A stretch of DNA of 64,000 nucleotides, taken from the NCBI GenBank assembly GCA_021851885.1, contig JAJZBS010000001.1:24491-88490 (forward strand). Reading direction: 5' to 3'. The notes under the pieces are model-generated. The model did no database searches. It saw only the letters and a program-made list of their open reading frames with translations, and was not told the DNA's origin. Of this stretch, positions 1 to 9,299 are shown piece after piece (the first letter of the stretch is position 1; every line of letters starts with the position of its first letter). The DNA is from Actinomycetes bacterium (GTDB taxonomy: Bacteria > Actinomycetota > Acidimicrobiia > Acidimicrobiales > JAMCQF01). The translations under genes were made by a program, and so were the position numbers.

Positions 1-1012
1 CCGTCGACGAGGAGCTCGGGGCCAGGGCCACGACGACGTTGCCATAGTTGTTGCCGGCCGGGAGCGCGATGCTCATCTGTGTCCAGGTGACACCGTTGTC
101 CGTTGACTTGTACAGGCCGTAACCGTTCACCCCGACCCAGATCGTCGACGGCGACGACGGGTCGATGGCGATGCTGTCGACGTTGTACGAAGCCGGGTTG
201 CCCAGGGTGACCCCGAGGGTGGGATCCACGGCCCACGTCGTCCCCCCGTCGACCGACTCGAACAGACCTGAGGAGGTCCCCGCCCAGACCTCGTTCGCGT
301 TACCGGGCTGGACGGCCAGAGAGGAGATGTCCACCCCGGTGAAAAGGCCGGCGGGGTTCTCGAGCGTCCAGGTCGTCCCCCCGTCGGTGGACTTCAGAAT
401 GCCGTCGCCGTAGAAGCAGTCTCCGCAGGCATTGTCCTCCCCGGTCCCAGCATAGATCGTGTTGGGATTGTTAGGGTCGACGGTGACCGCCCCCATGGCG
501 ATGTCGGGTTGGCTGTCCGTCGCCGTCGACCATGTCGGGCTGGCGGACTCCGCCGCCGTCCACACACCGCCACCGGCTGTCGCCGCAACGAGGGTCGGCG
601 TGCCGCCGGGCATGACGGCGAGGCCGGTGACACGACCCGAGTTGGTCCCGCCGACGTCGGCCGCGCCGGTGATCGGAGCGGGCCCGAGGGGCGTCCAGGC
701 CGACGTCGCCTTCCCGCCCACGACGGCCCGCGGCATCCGCGCCGCTTGTGCACGCGCACTCGCCAGGGCGTGCGCATAGCCGGGCCCGCGCATCTGGGCG
801 AACGCCGCGTCCGCCGCAACGGGGTTGTAGGGGATGCGCGGCAGGGCGCTGCGCCCTGCCGTCGCGGGGGCGAAAGCTGGCGTGGCCCCGGCGGGGGCCA
901 CCGTAGCGACTGCCGCGAGCAGAGCTGCCGACGACGTGCACACGGCGAGCCCGACCAGGCGGCGGAATCCTGTCCCGCTCCGGGTTCGATGTGCCGTTGG
1001 GAACAAAGACAT
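1..1012 (-). CDS. Secreted BNR/Asp-box repeat protein; N-terminal part only, the ORF runs off the window start
   Basis: My own translation of the open-ended minus frame, which is absent from the ORF track. ATG at 1012 is preceded by GGAGG. Signal-peptide-like N-terminus MSLFPTAHRTRSGTGFRRLVGLAVCTSSAALLAAVATVAPAGA. Repeated Asp-box motifs KSTDGGTTW, ESVDGGTTW and KSTDNGVTW. High GC3. Confidence 0.8.
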   Translation of the reverse strand, partial: MSLFPTAHRTRSGTGFRRLVGLAVCTSSAALLAAVATVAPAGATPAFAPATAGRSALPRIPYNPVAADAAFAQMRGPGYAHALASARAQAARMPRAVVGGKATSAWTPLGPAPITGAADVGGTNSGRVTGLAVMPGGTPTLVAATAGGGVWTAAESASPTWSTATDSQPDIAMGAVTVDPNNPNTIYAGTGEDNACGDCFYGDGILKSTDGGTTWTLENPAGLFTGVDISSLAVQPGNANEVWAGTSSGLFESVDGGTTWAVDPTLGVTLGNPASYNVDSIAIDPSSPSTIWVGVNGYGLYKSTDNGVTWTQMSIALPAGNNYGNVVVALAPSSSST

Positions 1013-1145
1013 GCCTACCTCGCCTCCGCGGACCCGTTCTCAAGCGCCGACCGGGGCTGTGTGGTCCCTGCTGTTCGACGTCAGACGCGTCGGGCGAGAA
1101 CCGTAGCAGGTCCGCTGTGAACGTGACGCTGCCGTCAGAGTGCGA

Positions 1146-2423
1146 TCACCTGCCCGCCGGCCCGGTGCCGGGCGCCTCGGAGCGGCCTTTCGGGTCGGTC
1201 TCCCGGCGCCTGCGCATCCGTTCGGCAACTGCCCTCTCGGCTCCGTGCGGACCGGGGGTGTAGTAGGTGCGGCCCTCGATCTCGTCGGGGCGGTACTGCT
1301 GGTCCACCCAGCCCCGGGCGTCGTCGTGCGGGTACCGGTAACCCTCCCCGTGCCCGATGCCCGAGGCACCCCTGTAGTGCGCGTCACGCAAGTGGGCCGG
1401 CACCGGCGCGTTCGGGTGCTGGCGAGCGTCCGCCTGGGCGCGTCCGAGGGCCACGGTGACGCGATTCGACTTGTCCGCGACCGACAGGTGCACGACGGCC
1501 TCGGCAAGGTTCAAGGCGGCTTCGGGCAAGCCGACGAACTCCACCGCACGCGCGGCCGCGTCCGCGACGACGAGGGCCGACGGATCGGCAAGCCCGACGT
1601 CTTCGCTCGCGAGGATGACGAGGCGCCGCGCGATGAAGCGCGCGTCCTCCCCCGCCTCGAGCATGCGTGCCAGCCAGTACAGCCCGGCGTCCGGGTCCGA
1701 GCCACGGACGCTCTTGATGAGAGCGCTCGCCATGTCGTAGTGCTCGTCCCTGCCGTGGCGCGGCACTGCGACGGCACGGGCTCGGGCGACGTCGCCGGCG
1801 GTGACAATGCCGCCATCCCCCACGAGCGCAAGTGCAACGTCCAATGCCTGCAGCGCGGCGCGCCCGTCACCGGATGCGAGGTCACAGAGCAGAGCGACCG
1901 CCTCCGCGTCGGCCTGGGCTCCCTCGGCGTCGAGAGCGCGGCGAATGAGGATGGTGATGTCGTCGTCCCCGAGCGACAGCAGCCGCCACAACGTCGACCG
2001 GCTAAGCAAGGGGGCGTTCACCTCGAAGAAGGGATTCTCCGTCGTCGCCCCGACGAGGGTGATCAACCCCGATTCGACTGCCGGCAGGAGCGTGTCCTGC
2101 TGTGCTTTGTTGAAGCGGTGGACCTCGTCGATGAACACGATCGTCCCGGTCCCGTGCTCTCCGAGGCGCGTGCGGGCTTCTTCGATCACGGCACGCACCT
2201 CGCGCACACCGGCCGTCACCGCCGACAGCGCCACGAAAGCCTTGGCCGTCGAGGCAGCCATCACGGCCGCAAGCGTCGTCTTGCCGCTGCCCGGAGGACC
2301 CCACAGGATCGACGAGGACAGCCGGTCGGCCTCAATCAGTGCCCGCAGGGGTCCACCGGGACCGACGAGGTGTCCTTGGCCGACGACCTCGTCGAGGGAG
2401 CGCGGCCGCATCCGGGCCGACAA
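1146..2423 (-). CDS. rarA: Replication-associated recombination protein A (AAA+ ATPase, MgsA/RarA family)
   Basis: 425-aa ORF. RPRSLDEVVGQGHL, Walker A GPPGSGKTTLA, Walker B IVFIDEVHRFNKAQQD, GATTENP. Full-length family architecture. Confidence 0.93.
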   Translation of the reverse strand: MSARMRPRSLDEVVGQGHLVGPGGPLRALIEADRLSSSILWGPPGSGKTTLAAVMAASTAKAFVALSAVTAGVREVRAVIEEARTRLGEHGTGTIVFIDEVHRFNKAQQDTLLPAVESGLITLVGATTENPFFEVNAPLLSRSTLWRLLSLGDDDITILIRRALDAEGAQADAEAVALLCDLASGDGRAALQALDVALALVGDGGIVTAGDVARARAVAVPRHGRDEHYDMASALIKSVRGSDPDAGLYWLARMLEAGEDARFIARRLVILASEDVGLADPSALVVADAAARAVEFVGLPEAALNLAEAVVHLSVADKSNRVTVALGRAQADARQHPNAPVPAHLRDAHYRGASGIGHGEGYRYPHDDARGWVDQQYRPDEIEGRTYYTPGPHGAERAVAERMRRRRETDPKGRSEAPGTGPAGR

Positions 2424-2523
2424 CGGTCCCCTCTTGGCAAGCCTCTCTTCGGCGGCGGCGGTGAAGAGGTCGTCCGCTACGGCTTCATCTCCCTTGCTCC
2501 AGGCTGCCGACGCCCTAGCTCCG

Positions 2524-4347
2524 CTAGGTCGCCGGCTGCGTCGCTCGCCCGGTGCCGCCGCCCGCGGCGCGCAGCCCCAGCTCCCGCATGCTCGCCGGGT
2601 CCAGTGGTTTCGGCGCCCCGGTCATCGGGTCGCTGCCGGATTGTGTCTTCGGGAAGGCGATGACTTCACGGATGGACTCCTCGCCGGCGAGCAGCGCCGT
2701 CAGCCGGTCGATGCCGAAAGCGAAACCACCGTGTGGGGGGGCGCCGAACCGGAAGGCGTCGAGGAGGAACCCGAAACGTTCCGTCGCATCGGTCTCGGAG
2801 ATGCCGAGCACCCGGAAGACTCTGTCCTGCAGGTCCCTGCGGTGGATCCGGATGCTGCCCGATCCGAGCTCCCAGCCGTTGCAGACCAGGTCGTAGGCCT
2901 GCGAACGCACGGCAAGGGGATCCGACTCGAGAAGCGGGAGATCCTCGGGGTGGGGCATCGTGAAGGGGTGGTGCGCCGAGATCGGCGTCCCCTCGTCGTC
3001 GGCGTCCTCGAAGAGCGGGAAGTCCACCACCCAGACGAAGGCGAGGTCGTCGTCGGTGCCGCCCCCCGGCCCGCGGCGACGGTGACCGCCTCCCCCCGCC
3101 CCGGGGCTTCCGGCGGCGGCGCCGGCTATCCGGGCGTCGTGCGCGATCTCGACGCGGAGCTGCCCCAGGACCCGGCACGCAAGCCTCCGTGGCCCCGCGA
3201 CAGCCAGAAGGAGGTCGCCGGGCTGGCCTTCCGTGGCCGTGATGATGCCCCGCCGCTCTTGCTCGGTGAGGAACTTGGCGAGCGGCGAATCGATGTCGGC
3301 GTCGCCCTCGTCGCCGGAGACGACGCGCATCCAGGCGAGCCCGGCCGCACCAAGCTCCTTCGCCCGGTCCTGCAAAGCGTCGAGGCGCGCCCGGCCCGTC
3401 GAGCCGGCCCCCTCGACACGCACCGCTCGCACCGCCTCAGCCTGCAGTGCGCGGGCTTCCGTCTGCGCCAGCACGGCCCCGAGGTCCGTCAGCTCCATGC
3501 CCAAACGCACGTCGGGCTTGTCGGTCCCGTAACGATCAAGTGCTTCGTCCCAGCTCAGCGTGCCGATCTCCGGTCGGCGACCGGAGATCGCCTCGACGGC
3601 CGCGCACACTGCTTCGGTGACGAAGGCCCGGACGTCCTCCTGGCCCACGAAGGAGGCCTCGAGGTCGAGCTGGGTGAACTCGAACTGCCGGTCGGCCCGC
3701 AGGTCTTCGTCCCGCATGCAGCGGGCGATCTGGTAGTAGCGGTCCACCCCGGACACCATGAGGAGCTGCTTGGCTATCTGCGGGCTCTGGGGGAGGACGT
3801 AGAACGAGCCCCGTTGCAGGCGTGACGGGACGGCGAACTCGCGAGCCCCTTCCGGCGTCGGCGTCCACAGGAGCGGGGTCTCCACTTCGACGAACCCCAG
3901 TCCGTCCATCGCCGCGCGCAGTGCCCTGTTCACCGCCGCGCGCAAACGCAGGTTTGCCTGCATCCGTGGCCTGCGCAGGTCGACGTAGCGGTAGCGCAGG
4001 CGCACTGCCTCGTCCGCATCGACGCGGTCGCTCACCGCGAACGGTGGTGGCTCGGCCTCGCCCAACACCTCGACGCTGCAGTCGCCAAGCTCGACCTCCC
4101 CGGTGGCGAGCTCCGCGTTGACGGTTCCCTCGGGACGCAGCCGCACCTTGCCTTCGATCGCCACCACCAGTTCCGGCCGGAGGTCGTGGCCACCGTCGAC
4201 GACGCACTGGACAACGCCCGTCCGGTCGCGCAGGTCCACGAAGGCCAGGTGCTCCCCGTGCTCCCGCCTCCTGGCCACCCATCCACAGACGCGGACCGCG
4301 CGCCCGTCGTCGGCAGCACGCAGGTCGCCGCACCAGGCGGAACGCAT
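2524..4347 (-). CDS. aspS: Aspartate--tRNA ligase
   Basis: OB-fold N-terminus (VCGWVARRREHGEHLAFVDLRDRTG) and class II core motifs (FQIARCMRDEDLRADRQ, GGFAFGIDRL). ATG at 4347 gives the typical MRSAWCGDLR start. The alternative GTG at 4392 would overlap the hisS stop as GTGA. Confidence 0.93.
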   Translation of the reverse strand: MRSAWCGDLRAADDGRAVRVCGWVARRREHGEHLAFVDLRDRTGVVQCVVDGGHDLRPELVVAIEGKVRLRPEGTVNAELATGEVELGDCSVEVLGEAEPPPFAVSDRVDADEAVRLRYRYVDLRRPRMQANLRLRAAVNRALRAAMDGLGFVEVETPLLWTPTPEGAREFAVPSRLQRGSFYVLPQSPQIAKQLLMVSGVDRYYQIARCMRDEDLRADRQFEFTQLDLEASFVGQEDVRAFVTEAVCAAVEAISGRRPEIGTLSWDEALDRYGTDKPDVRLGMELTDLGAVLAQTEARALQAEAVRAVRVEGAGSTGRARLDALQDRAKELGAAGLAWMRVVSGDEGDADIDSPLAKFLTEQERRGIITATEGQPGDLLLAVAGPRRLACRVLGQLRVEIAHDARIAGAAAGSPGAGGGGHRRRGPGGGTDDDLAFVWVVDFPLFEDADDEGTPISAHHPFTMPHPEDLPLLESDPLAVRSQAYDLVCNGWELGSGSIRIHRRDLQDRVFRVLGISETDATERFGFLLDAFRFGAPPHGGFAFGIDRLTALLAGEESIREVIAFPKTQSGSDPMTGAPKPLDPASMRELGLRAAGGGTGRATQPAT

Positions 4348-4388
4348 CCCTGCCGCAGCGGCGGGCCCGAACGGCTTCGTGCCGTCGA

Positions 4389-5705
4389 TCACGATCCCAG
4401 AACCTCCTGTACGTAGCCGACAACGTCGGACCGGCCGACGACACGCTGGAGGTCGTCGCCCCCAGCGCTGTCACCTTCGCGCCGCAGGGCTCGGACGCTG
4501 ACCGTCCCGGCCGCAGCCTCGTCCGCGCCGACGATGAGGGCAAGGCGCGCCCCCGACCGGTCGGCCATGCGCATCTGGGACTTCAAGGACCGCTCGTCGA
4601 ATGCCCGATCGCTCGGGATACGTGCCGCGCGTAGGGCGTGCGTCAAGTCCCGGGCTGCCTCTCCACCGGCGACGTCCACGACGAACACCGCCGGTGGCGG
4701 ACCAGCGGAACGTCCCGAAGCGCCAACGGGCGACGGAGCCGATCGCCGGGCAGCATCACATGCGAGCAGTAGCCGTTCCAGACCGATCCCGAACCCGATC
4801 CCGGGCGTCGCGGGACCACCCAGGACCTCGACCAAGCCGTCGTAGCGCCCTCCGCCGCCCAGCGCGTTCTGCGCCACATCGAGCCCCGGCGACGACAGCT
4901 CGAAGGTCGTGCGCGTGTAGTAGTCGAACCCCCGGACGAGCCGGGCGTCGACTCGCGCCGGTATGGCCAAGGCTCTCAACCCAGATTCGACGCGCCCGAA
5001 GTGCTGCTTGCACTCCGCGCAGGCGACATCGAGGAGCGCGGGGGCTCCCGCGGTCGCGCTCCGGCATGCTTCCTTCTTGCAGTCGAGCACCCGCAAGGGG
5101 CTCACCAAGGCCCGCTGCCGGTGCTCGTCGCACAACTCGCCAAGACGGCTCTCCAGGTACTTGCGCAGTGTCTCCACGTACACCGGAGCGCACACCGGAT
5201 CACCCATCGAGTTGATGCGCAGCTCGAAGTCGTCAAGGCCGACCGAGACAAGGAATGTCACCGCGAGGTCGATCACCTCGACGTCCAGGTCCGCGTCGGC
5301 ACTGCCGAGGACTTCGACGCCGAGTTGGTGATGCTGGCGAAACCTCCCGGCTTGCGGCCGCTCGTAGCGGAACGCGGCAGTCGCGTACCAGGCCTTCCAC
5401 GGCAAAGGCGGGCGGTGCTGGACGAACGCCCGCACGATCGACGCCGTTCCTTCGGGACGCAATGCAAGCGAGCGCCCACCTCTGTCCTCGAAGACGTACA
5501 TCTCTTTTGCGACGACATCGGCCTTTTCGCCCATGCCGCGCGAGAACACCGAGACGTCTTCGAACATCGGGCTGATGACGAGGCCGTACCCGGCACGTTC
5601 GACGGTCGCGGCGAAACCAGCGACGACAGCCTCCCAGCGCGACGACTCGGGGTAGAGGACGTCCCGCGTCCCGACAGGGGCGCGGCGCGCGCCGGAGGCG
5701 GTCAC
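4389..5705 (-). CDS. hisS: Histidine--tRNA ligase
   Basis: GTRDVLYPE, LALRPEGTASIVRA, FRYERPQAGRFRQHHQ, GGGGRYDGL. I trimmed the start to the GTG at 5705, which overlaps the rel stop (GTGA). The track ORF's first 90 aa are Arg/Pro-rich junk overlapping rel. Confidence 0.92.
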   Translation of the reverse strand: MTASGARRAPVGTRDVLYPESSRWEAVVAGFAATVERAGYGLVISPMFEDVSVFSRGMGEKADVVAKEMYVFEDRGGRSLALRPEGTASIVRAFVQHRPPLPWKAWYATAAFRYERPQAGRFRQHHQLGVEVLGSADADLDVEVIDLAVTFLVSVGLDDFELRINSMGDPVCAPVYVETLRKYLESRLGELCDEHRQRALVSPLRVLDCKKEACRSATAGAPALLDVACAECKQHFGRVESGLRALAIPARVDARLVRGFDYYTRTTFELSSPGLDVAQNALGGGGRYDGLVEVLGGPATPGIGFGIGLERLLLACDAARRSAPSPVGASGRSAGPPPAVFVVDVAGGEAARDLTHALRAARIPSDRAFDERSLKSQMRMADRSGARLALIVGADEAAAGTVSVRALRREGDSAGGDDLQRVVGRSDVVGYVQEVLGS

Positions 5706-7927
5706 GCGCTCTTGCCGGGAAGGGTCCGGTAGGCGTCGTAGACGCCGTCGATCTGGCGCAGGGCGCGCATCAGCGATTCGAGATGAGCGGGATCGGCGAG
5801 CTCGAAGTCCAGCCGCATGCGGCTGATCCTCTCTCGGTTTGCCCCGCTCGTGCACGACCGGATGTTCACGTGGTGCTCGCTCACCGCTCGGGTGACGTCC
5901 GCCAGCAGGCCCGGGCGGTCGAAGCTGCGCACCTCGACCGATACGACGAAAGAGCCCGCCGCGTCGTTGTCCCACTCGACTTCGATCATGCGTTCACGCG
6001 TCCCCGAGGCGTCACTGGACAACGAGAGCGCGTTGGCGCAGTCGCTCCGGTGGACAGACACGCCACGGCCCCGGGTCACGAAACCCACGATCTCGTCCCC
6101 GGGCACCGGGGTGCAGCACCGGGAAAGCCGGATCATGACGTCGTCGAGGCCTTCGACGTAGACGCCGACGCTCTTGCGGCGCCGGGCCCAAGGCGACGGC
6201 CGCGCGGTGGTCGGGAGCTGCTCCTCGGCGTCCGCACCGCGCAGCTCCCTCCCGAGACGCTGCGCGACGGAGCGTGCCGAGATGTGACCCTCTCCAACGG
6301 CGGCAAGCAGGAGGTCGACGTCGGCGTAGTTGAGGGACGCGGCCAGCTTCCGGACCACCTCGGACCCGTGCAGCTTCTGCGACGGCAGCCCCTCGCGGCG
6401 AAATGCCTTCGTCAGATCCTCGCGCCCGGTCTCGATCGCATCCTCTCGGCGCTCCCGGCTGAACCACTGCCGGATCTTGTTGCGCGCCCGCGGCGTCGCG
6501 ACGATCTTCAGCCAGTCACGCGACGGTCCCGCTGTGGGCGCCTTGGACGTGAAGATCTCGACGGTGTCGGCGGAGCGCAGGCGAGTGTCGAGGGGCACCA
6601 GGCGGCCGTTGACACGCGCGCCAATGCAGCGGTGGCCGACTTCGGTGTGGATGGCATAGGCGAAGTCGATCGGTGTCGCCCCCGCCTGCATGGAGATGAC
6701 CTTGCCCTTCGGGGTGAAAACGTAGACCTCGTCGTGGACCAGGTCCCCCTTGAGCGCCTCGAGAAACTCGGCCGGGTCGTCGGTGTCCCGTTGCCAGTCG
6801 ACGATCCGCTGGAACCACGCGAGCTCTGCAGGCGAGACAGCCGAACCCTTCTCCTTGTAGTTCCAGTGCGCGGCGATGCCGAACTCTGCGCGCCTGTGCA
6901 TGTCGGTGGTACGGATCTGCACCTCGAGGGGCTTGCCCTCCGGCCCGATCACGGTGGTGTGTAGGGACTGGTACAGGTTGAACTTCGGCGAGTTGATGTA
7001 GTCCTTGAAACGGCCCTGAACCGGGCTCCAGATCGCGTGGATTGCACCGAGGGCGGCCCAGCAGTCCTTCTCGGACTCGACGAGCACCCGGATGCCGACG
7101 AGATCGTGGATCTCGTCGAAGGCCTTCTCGCGCACGACCATCTTCTCGTAGATGCTCCACAGGTGCTTGGGCCTTCCGGTGGTCTCCGCCTTGACCCCCG
7201 TCCGCTGCAGCTGGTCCCGGGCTGCCACGAGGACGCGAGCGACGTACTCCTCCCTCTGGGGGGCCCGGACGGCGACCATTTGCTCGATCTCGGCGAACCG
7301 CTTCGGATGCAGAGTCGCGAACGCCAGGTCTTCGAGCTGCCACCGGATCTCCTGGATCCCCAGGCGGTGCGCCAGCGGCGCGTAGATGTCGAGAGTCTCT
7401 TGTGCTGTGCGCGCCTGTTTCCAGTCGGGCATCACCCCGATCGTGCGCATGTTGTGCAGGCGATCGGCGAGCTTGATGATCAGCACGCGCCAGTCGCTCG
7501 CCATGGCGACGAGCATCTTGCGGACGGTGGCCGCCTGTTGGGCCTCGCGCGAGTCGAAACGGAGCCGATCGAGCTTCGTGACCCCGTCGACGATGGCGGC
7601 GACATCGGCACCGAAAGCCGTGGTCAGGTCGTCGAGGGTTACTCCGGTGTCCTCGACGGCGTCGTGCAGGAGCGCGGACGCCACCGTCACCCCGTCGAGG
7701 CCCAACTCCCCGACGATCGTCGCCACGGCGACCGGGTGAGCGATATAGGCCTCGCCGGACTTGCGCGTCTGGCCGCTGTGGGCCTCGAAGGCATACCGGT
7801 AAGCACGCAAGATCAGCCCAGAGTCACCGTGGCCGTGGTGGGCGCGATAGGCGGCCAGCACCGGTGCCGCGCCGGCGTCGGCGGCAGAACGCTTGTGGCG
7901 CTCCCGTACCCGCTCGATCGTGGTCAC
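5702..7927 (-). CDS. rel: Bifunctional (p)ppGpp synthetase/hydrolase, RelA/SpoT homolog
   Basis: HD domain (HPVAVATIVGELGLD, LLHDAVEDT), synthetase domain (YRSLHTTV-like QSLHTTVIGPEGKPLEVQIRT), and TGS and ACT-like C-terminus. Start placed at the GTG at 7927 (VTTIERV), after the secF stop at 7953. The longer track ORF would overlap secF. Confidence 0.92.
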   Translation of the reverse strand: MTTIERVRERHKRSAADAGAAPVLAAYRAHHGHGDSGLILRAYRYAFEAHSGQTRKSGEAYIAHPVAVATIVGELGLDGVTVASALLHDAVEDTGVTLDDLTTAFGADVAAIVDGVTKLDRLRFDSREAQQAATVRKMLVAMASDWRVLIIKLADRLHNMRTIGVMPDWKQARTAQETLDIYAPLAHRLGIQEIRWQLEDLAFATLHPKRFAEIEQMVAVRAPQREEYVARVLVAARDQLQRTGVKAETTGRPKHLWSIYEKMVVREKAFDEIHDLVGIRVLVESEKDCWAALGAIHAIWSPVQGRFKDYINSPKFNLYQSLHTTVIGPEGKPLEVQIRTTDMHRRAEFGIAAHWNYKEKGSAVSPAELAWFQRIVDWQRDTDDPAEFLEALKGDLVHDEVYVFTPKGKVISMQAGATPIDFAYAIHTEVGHRCIGARVNGRLVPLDTRLRSADTVEIFTSKAPTAGPSRDWLKIVATPRARNKIRQWFSRERREDAIETGREDLTKAFRREGLPSQKLHGSEVVRKLAASLNYADVDLLLAAVGEGHISARSVAQRLGRELRGADAEEQLPTTARPSPWARRRKSVGVYVEGLDDVMIRLSRCCTPVPGDEIVGFVTRGRGVSVHRSDCANALSLSSDASGTRERMIEVEWDNDAAGSFVVSVEVRSFDRPGLLADVTRAVSEHHVNIRSCTSGANRERISRMRLDFELADPAHLESLMRALRQIDGVYDAYRTLPGKSA

Positions 7928-7952
7928 CTCTCCACGGTACCGCCGCGGCCTG

Positions 7953-9299
7953 TCAACGGCGGCGTTTCTTGCGCGGTCGGGGCGCCGGGCGTGGCCCGCC
8001 GGTTCCCGCCGCACCTTCGGCGCGCGCGCGACCACCCTGGGCCGGGCGCGTACCTCCCTTGCCCGCCGGCGGACCTCCGGGAACCCCCGTGCGCCCCTCG
8101 TCGGCTGCAACCTCGCCCGAGCCGGCGCCCGCGCGGCGCCCGCCGCCAACGCCACCCGGCACCAGGATTCCGCCGCGACCGGTCGCAGGCCCCCTGCCCC
8201 GTGCCCGACCCTTGCCGCCGCCTTGGCCGTCAACGTCACCGAGGTCCCGCGCCGCGGCCGCCGGCGTGATCAGCATCATGGCCTGCCCCCGCGCCTCGAG
8301 CTTCTGGCGGATCGAGGCGTACTGCCGCTCGCCCTCCTTGAACCCGGCGAGCAGGGGCGAGGCGATGAACAGGGACGAGTACGCGCCACTCGTCAGGCCG
8401 ATGAAGAGGGCAAGACCGAAGTCCTGGAGGGTTGTCGCCCCGAACACGTAGGCGCCGAGCACGAGCACCGAAAGGATGGGGATGATCGCCATCAGCGAGG
8501 TGTTGATGGACCGGGCGAGCGTCTGGTTCACCGACAGGTTGACCATGTCGGAGTAGGTCATCCGCCCCGTCGCGCTGAGGCCTCGAGCGTTCTCCTTGAC
8601 GCGGTCAAAGACAACTATTGTATCGTATAACGAGTAGCCGAGAATGGTCAGGAACGCCACGACGGTGTCCGGCGTCACCTGGAACCCGACGAGCGAATAG
8701 ATCCCCACGGTCACGAGGATGTCGTGTGCGACGGCGATCAGGGCCGCGGCCGCCATCTTCCACTCGAACCGCAAGGATATATAGATCGTGATCGCGATGA
8801 AGAAGAGGATCAACGCCTCGATCGCCCGCCGGCTGATCTGGCTCCCCCATGTGGGCCCGACAGAGTTGACGCTCACTTGGGATGCGTTCTTGTGCGCGAG
8901 ATTGCCCAGCGCTGAGGCAACGCGTTGGTCGAGCGCTGTGGTCGCGCTCGCATTCGCCTTGCCCACCTTGGCCTGGACCTCGACCGTCCGACCGCCGAGG
9001 ATCTGGACGGTGGCGCCGCTCAGCCCCGCCCTTTGGACCGCGGACTGGGCCTGGCTCGCTGTCACGGACGGAGCGGCGATCTCCCACGAGGTCCCTCCCT
9101 GGAACTCGATACCGAGGTTGAGCCCGCGGGTTCCCAACGAGACGAGCCCCGCGAGGATGACGATCGCCGACGCCAGGTACCACCTCCTGCGCCGGGCCAG
9201 GAAAGGGTACTTGGTCTCGCCACGATACAGACGTTGCCAGACATTCATGTGCCCGCCAGCGACGTCGCTCACAACTTCGTTCGTCGTCACGGATGTCAC
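7953..9299 (-). CDS. secF: Protein translocase subunit SecF with a roughly 110-aa Gly/Arg/Pro-rich basic C-terminal tail
   Basis: LGIEFQGGTSWEI, GYSLYDTIVVFDRVKEN, six-TM core. The GTG start at 9299 overlaps the secD stop (GTGA). Confidence 0.93.
   Translation of the reverse strand: MTSVTTNEVVSDVAGGHMNVWQRLYRGETKYPFLARRRRWYLASAIVILAGLVSLGTRGLNLGIEFQGGTSWEIAAPSVTASQAQSAVQRAGLSGATVQILGGRTVEVQAKVGKANASATTALDQRVASALGNLAHKNASQVSVNSVGPTWGSQISRRAIEALILFFIAITIYISLRFEWKMAAAALIAVAHDILVTVGIYSLVGFQVTPDTVVAFLTILGYSLYDTIVVFDRVKENARGLSATGRMTYSDMVNLSVNQTLARSINTSLMAIIPILSVLVLGAYVFGATTLQDFGLALFIGLTSGAYSSLFIASPLLAGFKEGERQYASIRQKLEARGQAMMLITPAAAARDLGDVDGQGGGKGRARGRGPATGRGGILVPGGVGGGRRAGAGSGEVAADEGRTGVPGGPPAGKGGTRPAQGGRARAEGAAGTGGPRPAPRPRKKRRR

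Noticed and set aside
1140-3825. Long plus-strand ORFs (507 aa and 674 aa) antisense to rarA and aspS
   Set aside because: These are shadow frames of strongly supported genes, with low-complexity Arg/Ala/Ser/Pro translations.
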